In this document: in pieces, positions 8,758 through 17,033 of the stretch
Position numbering within the stretch: position 1 is the first letter of the stretch
Layout: every line of letters starts with the position of its first letter
Source of the DNA: Acidimicrobiia bacterium
GTDB lineage: Bacteria; Actinomycetota; Acidimicrobiia; Spongiisociales; JAENVV01
Length of the DNA stretch: 64,000 nt
Direction: 5' to 3'
Assembly (NCBI GenBank): GCA_041577335.1
Contig: JBFGJH010000002.1
Span: forward strand, 16,389 to 80,388
Made by a program: the position numbers and the translations under genes
Notes under the pieces: model-generated
Databases searched by the model: none
What the model was told of the DNA's origin: nothing
Seen by the model: the letters and a program-made list of their open reading frames with translations, nothing else

Positions 8758-11124
8758 CTAGCGACCAGAGCTGGCGGTATCGTCGTAGGAGCTGAGACGC
8801 TGCTCTCGGGGAACCTGGGGGAGGGGCTCCATATCGTTGTATGGCCACTCTTTGATCCAGTCGACGACCGCTCGGGTGCGAGACACCGGAGTCGGATGGT
8901 TCGGGGACGCGCTGGTCGCGTCGATGGCTACCTGGTCGGTCTCGGGCGCAGAACGAGGCTTCTTCTTGGGGGGTGGCGCAGGCGGTTCGGATGGCACGTT
9001 GACGCTCTGGGGTTTCTGACTGGTGCGGCGCGAGGGTGCTGGTCCGGGTGACGATGCCGCTTCCTTCGCGGGTGCTGGCGCAGCGGGTGCTGGCACCTCG
9101 GCGGCCGGAGTATCGGATGGCTGGGCAGCCGGAACCGCGGGTGCAGGTGCGGTGGGCGCTGCGGCTTTCTTCTGCTTCTTTTCGGTTTTCTGTTCTTTCT
9201 TCTTGGCTCTGGTTGCCTTCTTGGTCTGGGTTGGACTGCTGGTCGTAGCTCGGCTCCCTTTGCGGCTCTTCGGGCGGAAGAAGTTGCGAATCCTGCCGAA
9301 GAACCCTGACGATGGTGAGCCGGTGAGCAGCGCCGCACCCAAGGCGGGAGCCAGCCCTGCATCGACGTCGGTAAGCAGTAGATCCAGGGCGGCGCGGCGG
9401 CTCACTCGCTCCAGGACCACGGCCACGACGCCGTCGACCCGCTGGCGGAGAGCCTGGGTGAGCTCGGCCGACGCAGGTGGCATGACTGCGAGGATGACGT
9501 CGAAGTGCTGACGAGCCGCGCTCATCAGATCAACGAAACCGTCGGTGAGCACAGCATCGGTGGCGTCGTCGATCATGCTCCCTGGGGCAACGACTCTCAG
9601 TTTCCTCTCCTCGGGCCCGTCGATCAGGGTTTCCTTGAAGTAGGAGTTGCCGGTCTCCCGGTCATTGCGCATGACCTGCAGGAGTTTGGAAACGGTTACG
9701 CCGCTGCTTCCTTCGTAGTGGACGGTGGTGTCGAAGTTCAGATCGACGACGAGGACGAAGCGGTCGGATGCGGCGAGGCGGTTGCCGATGTCGAGCGCCA
9801 AGATGCTCACTTCGCTGTCGTTGACGCTCACCCCAGACAGTCCGAGGACCAGCGTGGTAGGCGATGAATCGACATAGCGGAGTATTGCGTGGCGCATCTG
9901 GCGAACACCATCGGCGCGTTCGCCTGCCAATCGTCCCGAGCGGTCCGTGCTGGCGCGCCCCTTCGTCGTTGCTGCACTGGGCAGCTCGGCGATGACCGGC
10001 AGCGGAGCGATGTCGGTCGGCCCGTAGATATTGCCGCGAGCGCTCTTGGATGCAAAGAGCAGACCGACACCGAGCAGGGCCCCGGCCAGCAGTCCGAGAA
10101 CGGCGTTGAGTGGAGCGGAGACGGGCGACGGGGTGAGGTCCTCGACCTCGACGGGTACCAGGACCGCCGGAGTCTCGCTTTCCGCTTCGAGGAAAAGATC
10201 GCCGAACTCGGAGGTGAGGTCGCCGTAGCGGTCCTCGAGCGCGTCGAGCGTCAACTGATCGGTGAGACCTCCCTCCGGCACTTCGTCAGGTGTGACGTCG
10301 CGCGGATCCTGAGGCACGTTGGGCGCAGCCGGCGTTTGCGAACCTCCCTGGTTGCCCTGATTCGTCTGCGGCGTGATGTCTGCCGGGTTGAGTCCGTTCT
10401 CCAAAGCAATGACTACGAGCTCAGACCTGATCGCGGCCATCCGGAATTGGATGTCGTCGATCTGTTCTTGAATCTCCTCGGGGTCATCGACTCGTTCGTC
10501 GCCCGATTGCGCCAACACGAGGTTGACTTCGAGTTGGGTGAGCTGCTGGTCGAGGGCATCATGGAGGTCCTGGAGAGAATCGATACGAGCTTGGAGGGCG
10601 ACGCCGATGACTGGCTCCTCGACGATCAACTCGACCGGTGTCAGGCGTTCGATCTGTTGCAGGACTTCGGCAGCTTCGATGATGATCTCGTCGAGGCGTG
10701 CTTGGCGTTCATCGGCACGTGCTTGAGCCGTGCCGTTGACGTAGGCGGCGCGAAGGCTCTCGGAGGCAACCGCGGCCTCGGTCCGGTCTTCGCTTCTCGC
10801 CAAAAAGAGGAGTCGGAAGTTGGGCTCGTCGATGGCCAACTGGCCGACTCGTTGCTCGAGGGCGGTGGCGTTGTAGACACGTGCTTCTTCGGCGGCTGCC
10901 CTGACGAGTTCCAGCGTGGTGTCGCGACTCCGATCGCCCAGCTCCGATTCGAACTCGACGTAGGTGGTCGCCTCGAAGAGAGGTTTGATGGCTTGGTTGG
11001 CCCGCTCTGATATGGCGTACCCGAGCACTGCACCCACGAGCGCCAGCGCGACGACTGCCCACCACTTGCGGCGGACCATTCGAAAAAGACCTGTGAGAAC
11101 TTTCAAACCGCTCATACCCCCCAA
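8758..11124 (-). CDS. Polysaccharide co-polymerase / BY-kinase-like protein with degenerate Walker A and long K/A/P-rich tail
   Basis: An N-terminal TM helix is followed by a long coiled-coil periplasmic region and a second TM helix. The cytoplasmic domain is CpsD/Wzc-like (VLVVDLNFD and FDVILAVMPP), but the Walker A position reads GLSGVSVNDSEV, with no GKS/T. The C-terminal 150 aa or so is low complexity (KKATRAKKKEQKTEKKQKKAAAPTAPAPAVP and so on). Confidence 0.6.
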   Translation of the reverse strand: MGGMSGLKVLTGLFRMVRRKWWAVVALALVGAVLGYAISERANQAIKPLFEATTYVEFESELGDRSRDTTLELVRAAAEEARVYNATALEQRVGQLAIDEPNFRLLFLARSEDRTEAAVASESLRAAYVNGTAQARADERQARLDEIIIEAAEVLQQIERLTPVELIVEEPVIGVALQARIDSLQDLHDALDQQLTQLEVNLVLAQSGDERVDDPEEIQEQIDDIQFRMAAIRSELVVIALENGLNPADITPQTNQGNQGGSQTPAAPNVPQDPRDVTPDEVPEGGLTDQLTLDALEDRYGDLTSEFGDLFLEAESETPAVLVPVEVEDLTPSPVSAPLNAVLGLLAGALLGVGLLFASKSARGNIYGPTDIAPLPVIAELPSAATTKGRASTDRSGRLAGERADGVRQMRHAILRYVDSSPTTLVLGLSGVSVNDSEVSILALDIGNRLAASDRFVLVVDLNFDTTVHYEGSSGVTVSKLLQVMRNDRETGNSYFKETLIDGPEERKLRVVAPGSMIDDATDAVLTDGFVDLMSAARQHFDVILAVMPPASAELTQALRQRVDGVVAVVLERVSRRAALDLLLTDVDAGLAPALGAALLTGSPSSGFFGRIRNFFRPKSRKGSRATTSSPTQTKKATRAKKKEQKTEKKQKKAAAPTAPAPAVPAAQPSDTPAAEVPAPAAPAPAKEAASSPGPAPSRRTSQKPQSVNVPSEPPAPPPKKKPRSAPETDQVAIDATSASPNHPTPVSRTRAVVDWIKEWPYNDMEPLPQVPREQRLSSYDDTASSGR

Positions 11125-11303
11125 AGCAGACGAAGAGACGGACTGCCGCCTCTCACGCCACCGCCACTCTAGCCCACCTTGTCGCCCAAGTCACGAGGCC
11201 GATCTATATACCTCTCTTAACCCTCACGGCGTTGGGCGCTTAACCCACTGGTGGATAGGTTTCTCCCTAGTGGGTAGGGAGGTTCGAGACAGTCTGGCGC
11301 CGA

Positions 11304-13055
11304 TTGATCCCCGTTGCGGCGCCCCAACAATCGATGAGGTCGCTCCCCATGTCCCTTCCCATCAATCCCCGGCTGGTAGTCGCAATCGCACTCACGTTAG
11401 GTGCTTTTGCGCTCGCTTTTGGTGGCATCCAGGCAAACGCCGCCACGGTCGTCCAGATCTCCGGCGAGGTTTCCTACCCGCAGTCGACCACCGTCACATC
11501 AGACGAGGTGCTTCGCTTCGATCCCGCCCAAGACACGACGCTGGAGGTGAGCGGGAACCTCGTCATCGAGGGGACGCTCGAGATGAAACCCAATAAGGGC
11601 GTGACGCACACGCTCCGGTTCCTCGCGGTCAATGAGGCCGGCATGGTCGGCGGCGGGATGCAGGTGCTCGAATCCGATCGCGGGCTCTGGGTCGTGGGAA
11701 GCGGACAGCTCGACCTGCACGGCGAAGAAACAGTGGGTTGGAATCGCACCGGGACGGATTCCACGTGGAGCTCGAGCGACGACCTGAGGATCGCCCCCTA
11801 CCTCGCAGGTGATTACGCGTCCGGAGGATTCGACTCCTTTGCGCTCGGTTCGCCCGTGCCGGTCGCCGATCCCACACTTCCCCCAACAGAGGTCATGAAT
11901 CTGACCCGGTCGGTCAACATCGAAGGTACGCCGGGGGGACGATCCCATGTGATCGTCATGAGCTCCCAGCCGCAAGAGGTTCGCTACGCCACGTTCCGGT
12001 ACATGGGACCACGCCAGGACTCCGAGGGCGTGATGGGCAGGTATCCGATCCATTTCCACATGAACGGTGACAGCTCCCGAGGATCGATCGTCGAAGGAAA
12101 TGTGGTCCGTGAGTCAGGAAATCGCGGCATCGTCGTTCACGCGTCGCATGGCGTGATCGCACGGGGCAACGTGATCTATGACGTAGTCGACGACCCATTC
12201 TGGTGGGACCTCGGTGAGGAGAACGCCTCCCACGACGTGGTATTGGAGGGCAACCTCGCAGGTCTGGTCAAGAACGACCCCAAGAAACAGGGCTACACCC
12301 TGTCGGCATTCCACCTCGGTCGCGGTGAAGGCAACGTTGCCAACGGGAACGTTGCAGTGGGCGTCCAAGGCAACAAGAACTGCTCTGGCTTCAACTGGCC
12401 GAGTCAAGGGAGCGGCCTGTGGGAGTTCCAGGACAACGTTGCCCACAACAACAAGTGTCACGGCATCTTCGTGTGGCAGAACAGCTCCGCCAACCACCTC
12501 ATCGAGGATTTCATCGCCTACCGCAACGGGTCTACCGGCGTGAATCACGGGGCTTACACCAATGACTATGTCTACGAGAACCTCTACTTGTTCGAAAACC
12601 TGGAATACGGCGTGGTCAGCCACGCGTTCTCGCACCCGCCGCGTTCAGGGCAGCTCCAGCAAACCTGGTCGTGCGTCACAGTCGTCGGCTCGCCAGTCGG
12701 CCTGTCGGTTTCGGTTTCCAACGCCCCCGAGTTCGGGCATCCGGCGTTGTTCGACCATTTCACGGTGATCGATACGCCGGTGGCCACGCATGTCGAGCAA
12801 AACGCACTCGAAAACGGCCAGACGCTCGAAACAAGGGTGACGTTGGTGAACTTCAATGTTCCATGTGTCGGATCGCCGGTCCCTGATCCTGACGAGCCTG
12901 ATCCTGACGAGCCTGATCCTGACGAGCCTGATCCTGATCAGCCTGATCCTGATCAGCCTGATCCTGACGAGCCTGATCCTGACGATCGGCCGGAGCGGCC
13001 CGACCGGCCGCAACGTCCGCCCCGTGGTCCACGGTGGATATCGGGTACTCCGTAA
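11304..13055 (+). CDS. Secreted right-handed parallel beta-helix protein with C-terminal (PDPDEP)n tail (putative glycan hydrolase/lyase)
   Basis: It has a signal peptide (VVAIALTLGAFALAFGGIQANA) and repeated beta-helix rungs (NVVRESGNRGIVVHASHGV, NVAHNNKCHGIFVWQNSS). It is a paralogue of the next gene. The start could instead be the ATG at 11334 or 11349. Confidence 0.65.
   Translation: MIPVAAPQQSMRSLPMSLPINPRLVVAIALTLGAFALAFGGIQANAATVVQISGEVSYPQSTTVTSDEVLRFDPAQDTTLEVSGNLVIEGTLEMKPNKGVTHTLRFLAVNEAGMVGGGMQVLESDRGLWVVGSGQLDLHGEETVGWNRTGTDSTWSSSDDLRIAPYLAGDYASGGFDSFALGSPVPVADPTLPPTEVMNLTRSVNIEGTPGGRSHVIVMSSQPQEVRYATFRYMGPRQDSEGVMGRYPIHFHMNGDSSRGSIVEGNVVRESGNRGIVVHASHGVIARGNVIYDVVDDPFWWDLGEENASHDVVLEGNLAGLVKNDPKKQGYTLSAFHLGRGEGNVANGNVAVGVQGNKNCSGFNWPSQGSGLWEFQDNVAHNNKCHGIFVWQNSSANHLIEDFIAYRNGSTGVNHGAYTNDYVYENLYLFENLEYGVVSHAFSHPPRSGQLQQTWSCVTVVGSPVGLSVSVSNAPEFGHPALFDHFTVIDTPVATHVEQNALENGQTLETRVTLVNFNVPCVGSPVPDPDEPDPDEPDPDEPDPDQPDPDQPDPDEPDPDDRPERPDRPQRPPRGPRWISGTP
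12883..12990 (+). repeat. 18-bp tandem repeat (cctgatcctgacgagcct x6, minor variants) encoding PDPDEP/PDPDQP
   Basis: The repeat is directly visible in the sequence. It is in frame within the CDS 11304..13055. Confidence 0.9.
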
Positions 13056-13250
13056 TCGAAATCTCCCGGCCTGCCTGAACTCTCGCCGACTTGTTGCACG
13101 TTTAACTAAAGCGGGGAGCCTGGTTAACCGATGCTGCATGAGGGTTCAGGCGGGCTGAGGGGCAACACACATCTCCCAAGATGGGAGTGTCGCCCGCACA
13201 GGAACAGCCCACCCGGGCAAACCCAGAAAACCACGAGAGGTCGTTCTCCC

Positions 13251-15362
13251 ATGTCGTACGCCGCGAGGTTCCCCAGACTCGCTGTCAGCGTCGTATTCGT
13301 ATTGCTGGCGGCGCTCATCGCCATAGTCGGTTGGTCGCGGTCCGCCGACGCCGCGGCTGTCACAGAGGTGTCCGGTGATGTGTCCTACTCGGCCAGTACG
13401 ACAATCGCCGCCGGAGAAGTGCTGAAGTTCGATCCAGCCAAGGACACAACCCTCGAGGTCAGCGGCAACCTGGTCATCGCCGGGACCCTCGAGATGAAAC
13501 CCAACAACGGAGTCACTCACACCCTTCGATTTCTCGGCGTCGATGAGTCGAGCTTCATCGGTGGCGGCGTCGAGGTACTCGAATCTGACCGGGGACTGTG
13601 GGTGACCGGAGCGGGCAAACTCGACTTGCAGGGCGAAGAAAAGACAGGCTGGAACCGGACCGGAACCGATGCCACCTGGAAGTCGAGCGACGAACTGAAG
13701 ATCGCTCCCTATCAGATGGGTGACTATGCGGTAGATGGCTTCGACTCCTTCAGCCTGGGGTCATCGGTTCCAAAGGCCGACCCGTCTCTGCCCGCCACAG
13801 AGGTCATCAACCTCACTCGCTCAGTCAATATCGAGGGGACAAGCGGAGGAAGGTCGCACGTGACCATCATGAGCTCGGTCCCCCAAGAGGTGCGATACGT
13901 CGCGTTTCGTCACATGGGGCCCCGCCAGCCCGACGGTGACGGCGATACCGAGGGCGTGATGGGCCGCTATCCGCTGCATTTCCACACGACGGGAGACGGG
14001 TCGCGAGGGTCCGTCGTCGAAGGAAACGTCGTTCGCGACTCGGGCCACCGCGGCATTGTCGTCCACCTCTCCAACGGTGTGACTGTCTCCGACAACGTCA
14101 TCTACGACGTCTACGACGACGTGTTCTGGTGGGATCTCGGAGAAGAGAACGCCAGCGACGATGTCGTGTTCGAGGACAACTTCGTGGGTCTGGTGAGGAC
14201 CGACCCCGTGAACCAAGGTTTCACGCTCAGCGGATTCCATCTCGGTCGCGGTGAAGGCAACGTTGCCAACGGCAACGTGGTTGTGGCCGTCCTAGGCAAC
14301 AAGAACTGTTCCGGGTTTCAGTGGCCGAGCCAGGGCAGTGGGCTCTGGGAGTTCCAGGACAACGTTGCCCACAACAACAAGTGTCACGGCATCTTCGTGT
14401 GGCAGAACAGCTCCGCCAACCACCTCATCGAGGATTTCATCGCCTACCGGAACGGCACCGCGGGCGTGAGTCACGGCGCCTACACCAACGACTACGTCTA
14501 CGAAGACGTCTATCTCTTCGAGAACGAAGAGATGGGCATCATCAGTCACGCGTTCTCACACCCACCGCGGACGGGCCAGATGCAGCAGACGTGGTCATGC
14601 GTCACGGTGGTTGGCTCCCCAGTCGGCCTGACAGTGGCAGTTTCGAATGCCCCCGAGGTCGGGGATCCGGCCATCTTCAATTACTTCAAGACGGAGGACA
14701 CCCCCGTCCTCTACGAGGTCCAAGAAGCCGCCCTGGACAAGGGACAAACCATCGACGCGCGGGCAACCTTCAACAACCTGAACGTGGACTGCCCCGCCGG
14801 TGGCTTCAGCGGAACGGTCGTCGGCGAGGGCATCTTTGTCGACGATGACGCTTCGCCGCACGAAGCCAACATCGAGCTCATCGCCGAGGCCGGGATAACC
14901 GTGGGTTGCAATCCTCCCGACAACGATATGTTTTGCCCTGGTGACCCGGTGACGCGGGCGCAGATGGCGACGTTCCTCGCCCGTGCATTGGCTCTGCCGG
15001 CTCCATCGAACGACTACTTCAGAGATGATGATGCCTCGACCCATGAAGGCGGGATAAACGCCCTTGCGGCGGCCGGGATCAGCAGCGGATGCAACGAGGC
15101 AAACACCAACTACTGCCCCGGTGACCATGTGACGAGAGCGCAGATGGCCAGCTTCCTCGCACGAGCGCTGAACCTTCCCGCCGATTCTGCGAACTGGTTC
15201 GTCGATGACGACAAGTCGTCGCACGAAGCGAACATCAACGCGTTGGCGTCCGCCGAGATCACCTCGGGATGCAAGCCGGCTGATCGCCTGTTTTGCCCGG
15301 CCGACTCGGTAACCCGAGCCCAGATGGCGACGTTCCTGGTGAAGGCACTGAATCTCAACTAA
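13251..15362 (+). CDS. Secreted parallel beta-helix protein with three C-terminal SLH domains
   Basis: It has a signal peptide (VVFVLLAALIAIVGWSRSADA) and a beta-helix core about 80% identical to the upstream paralogue. Three C-terminal repeats of about 55 aa (F.DDD.S.HE..I..LA.AGI..GC....FCP...VTRAQMA.FL..AL.L) match the S-layer-homology domain pattern. Confidence 0.7.
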   Translation: MSYAARFPRLAVSVVFVLLAALIAIVGWSRSADAAAVTEVSGDVSYSASTTIAAGEVLKFDPAKDTTLEVSGNLVIAGTLEMKPNNGVTHTLRFLGVDESSFIGGGVEVLESDRGLWVTGAGKLDLQGEEKTGWNRTGTDATWKSSDELKIAPYQMGDYAVDGFDSFSLGSSVPKADPSLPATEVINLTRSVNIEGTSGGRSHVTIMSSVPQEVRYVAFRHMGPRQPDGDGDTEGVMGRYPLHFHTTGDGSRGSVVEGNVVRDSGHRGIVVHLSNGVTVSDNVIYDVYDDVFWWDLGEENASDDVVFEDNFVGLVRTDPVNQGFTLSGFHLGRGEGNVANGNVVVAVLGNKNCSGFQWPSQGSGLWEFQDNVAHNNKCHGIFVWQNSSANHLIEDFIAYRNGTAGVSHGAYTNDYVYEDVYLFENEEMGIISHAFSHPPRTGQMQQTWSCVTVVGSPVGLTVAVSNAPEVGDPAIFNYFKTEDTPVLYEVQEAALDKGQTIDARATFNNLNVDCPAGGFSGTVVGEGIFVDDDASPHEANIELIAEAGITVGCNPPDNDMFCPGDPVTRAQMATFLARALALPAPSNDYFRDDDASTHEGGINALAAAGISSGCNEANTNYCPGDHVTRAQMASFLARALNLPADSANWFVDDDKSSHEANINALASAEITSGCKPADRLFCPADSVTRAQMATFLVKALNLN

Positions 15363-15410
15363 CCAAAACTCGCCCTATGGGTTGGCCTTGTCGCCGCTTA
15401 TGCTGGCGTC

Positions 15411-16847
15411 GTGGTGATCGACGACAAGGAAGCAGCGAAGCCGGGGTTGGCAGCGTTCGTTCCGAGCCAAACCGCCCCGCCGCGTCTGCCGTGGGGCCTC
15501 TGGGCCATCCTGGCTGTGCTCTTCATGGCCTTGGTCGGTTCGTTTGCCTTCGGCGCTACCGAAGCAGGAACGTTCGCGCTTCTCATCCTCCTGGCGTTTC
15601 CGATTGCACTCATGGCCAAGAACGCCGCCAGCCCACTCGATTCGCAATGGATACCGAATTGGATCATGGCGGGTTGGGCGGCCAAGCTGGCAGCTTCGAT
15701 CGGCCGTTATTGGGCGCTCGAGGTTTTGTACAACGGTGTCGGTGATGCCACCGGGTATCACAATTTCGGAACTCGCTACGCCGACATGTGGCGAGCGTTG
15801 GAAGTCCCGCCCTTCGGGACCGGAACCGAATTCATCCAATGGGCCACCGGCGTGCTCTACATTCCGTACACGCCGACCAAGCTCGGCGGGTTCGTGCTGT
15901 TCGCCACGATTGCCTTCGTCGGACAGATCTTGCTCTATCTGGCGTTTCGGCGAGCCCGGCCCCATGCAAGGCTCAAATGGTACGCCGGACTGATCTTCTT
16001 CTTCCCGAACATCGTCTACTGGCCTTCCAGCATCGGCAAAGAGTCGCTGATGATCTTCTTCATCGGCATCGCCGCCTACGGAGCCGTGAGGATGTTTGCC
16101 GAGTACCAGGCGATGTGGATGGCTGTGGTGGCCATCGGGCTGGTGGGCACCGGCGTGATTCGATCGCATATTGCCCTACTCATCATCGGGTCGCTGACGG
16201 TGGCAGTTGTCTTTGGAAGGGGCCCAGAGAACGCCCCCGCCCGAATGCGGCGCCTCATCTCGGCGGTCGTTGCCGTGATCTTGTTGGTTGGCGTGGGAGC
16301 GTGGGCAATCCAAGACTTTGGCATCGATCTCAGTAGCGGTGTCAGTGACGAACTTCTCACCGAGGAGCTCGACCCGATCTTCGCAGGCGTCGAAGAGCAG
16401 ACCGACAAGGGCGGCTCGGCCGTCGAGGGCAGCGCCATCCGCTCGCCGCTCGATGTTCCCGAAGCCGTGCTGCGGGTTGTGTTTCAGCCACTTCCGTGGG
16501 ATGCCCACAACACTCAGGCGCTGGTGAACAGCTTTGTCGAGGGCATGTTCCTGCTGTTGCTGTTCATATGGAGGCTTCCCGCCATAGCGCGGGGCTTCTT
16601 CCGGAAGGCGCGAGACCCGTATGTGATGTTTTCGCTCGTGTATACGGCAGGGTTCATCTTTGGGCACAGCGCGGTCCTGAATCTCGGCATCATGGCTCGG
16701 CAACGGTCTCAGCTCATTCCGTTCGTGCTGGTGATCCTCGTTGCGATGGGAATGAACGACTCGGGGAAAGACGTTGCCGAGCTCGAAGACACGTCGGCCA
16801 AATCGCCATTACCACCCAAGACACTTGTGGTCGTAGAATCGCCCTAG
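15411..16847 (+). CDS. Polytopic integral membrane protein, putative glycan polymerase/ligase or GT-C-like
   Basis: It has ten or more predicted TM segments, a large central loop (DLSSGVSDELLTEELDPIFAGVEEQTDKGG) and sits within the glycan locus. I recognise no specific family motif. Confidence 0.35.
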   Translation: MVIDDKEAAKPGLAAFVPSQTAPPRLPWGLWAILAVLFMALVGSFAFGATEAGTFALLILLAFPIALMAKNAASPLDSQWIPNWIMAGWAAKLAASIGRYWALEVLYNGVGDATGYHNFGTRYADMWRALEVPPFGTGTEFIQWATGVLYIPYTPTKLGGFVLFATIAFVGQILLYLAFRRARPHARLKWYAGLIFFFPNIVYWPSSIGKESLMIFFIGIAAYGAVRMFAEYQAMWMAVVAIGLVGTGVIRSHIALLIIGSLTVAVVFGRGPENAPARMRRLISAVVAVILLVGVGAWAIQDFGIDLSSGVSDELLTEELDPIFAGVEEQTDKGGSAVEGSAIRSPLDVPEAVLRVVFQPLPWDAHNTQALVNSFVEGMFLLLLFIWRLPAIARGFFRKARDPYVMFSLVYTAGFIFGHSAVLNLGIMARQRSQLIPFVLVILVAMGMNDSGKDVAELEDTSAKSPLPPKTLVVVESP

Positions 16848-17033
16848 TGCTCGGAGATACCGAGCACCGAATCGAGCGACGCAGCACTGGTATTCGTGTG
16901 AATCCGTTGCTACGCTCGGTGGCAAGGGATTGGGACTGTGAACAGATCGGGGTCGCTCCGCTGGCTATCGACAACGCCACCTGAGCGGGCATCTTCTGGT
17001 CCCACTCACGACACGTAAAGAGGGGTTATTGAC

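Noticed and set aside
11263-11281. A hairpin ctcccta-gtggg-tagggag upstream of the first beta-helix gene, possibly regulatory
   Set aside because: The stem is short (7 bp) and there is no supporting context. The sequence may simply overlap an RBS-like AGGGAGG, and I cannot support calling it a functional element.
12883-12990. Regular short repeats considered as a possible CRISPR array
   Set aside because: The units are 18 bp with no spacers. They lie in frame inside a CDS and encode PDPDEP, so this is a coding tandem repeat and not CRISPR.
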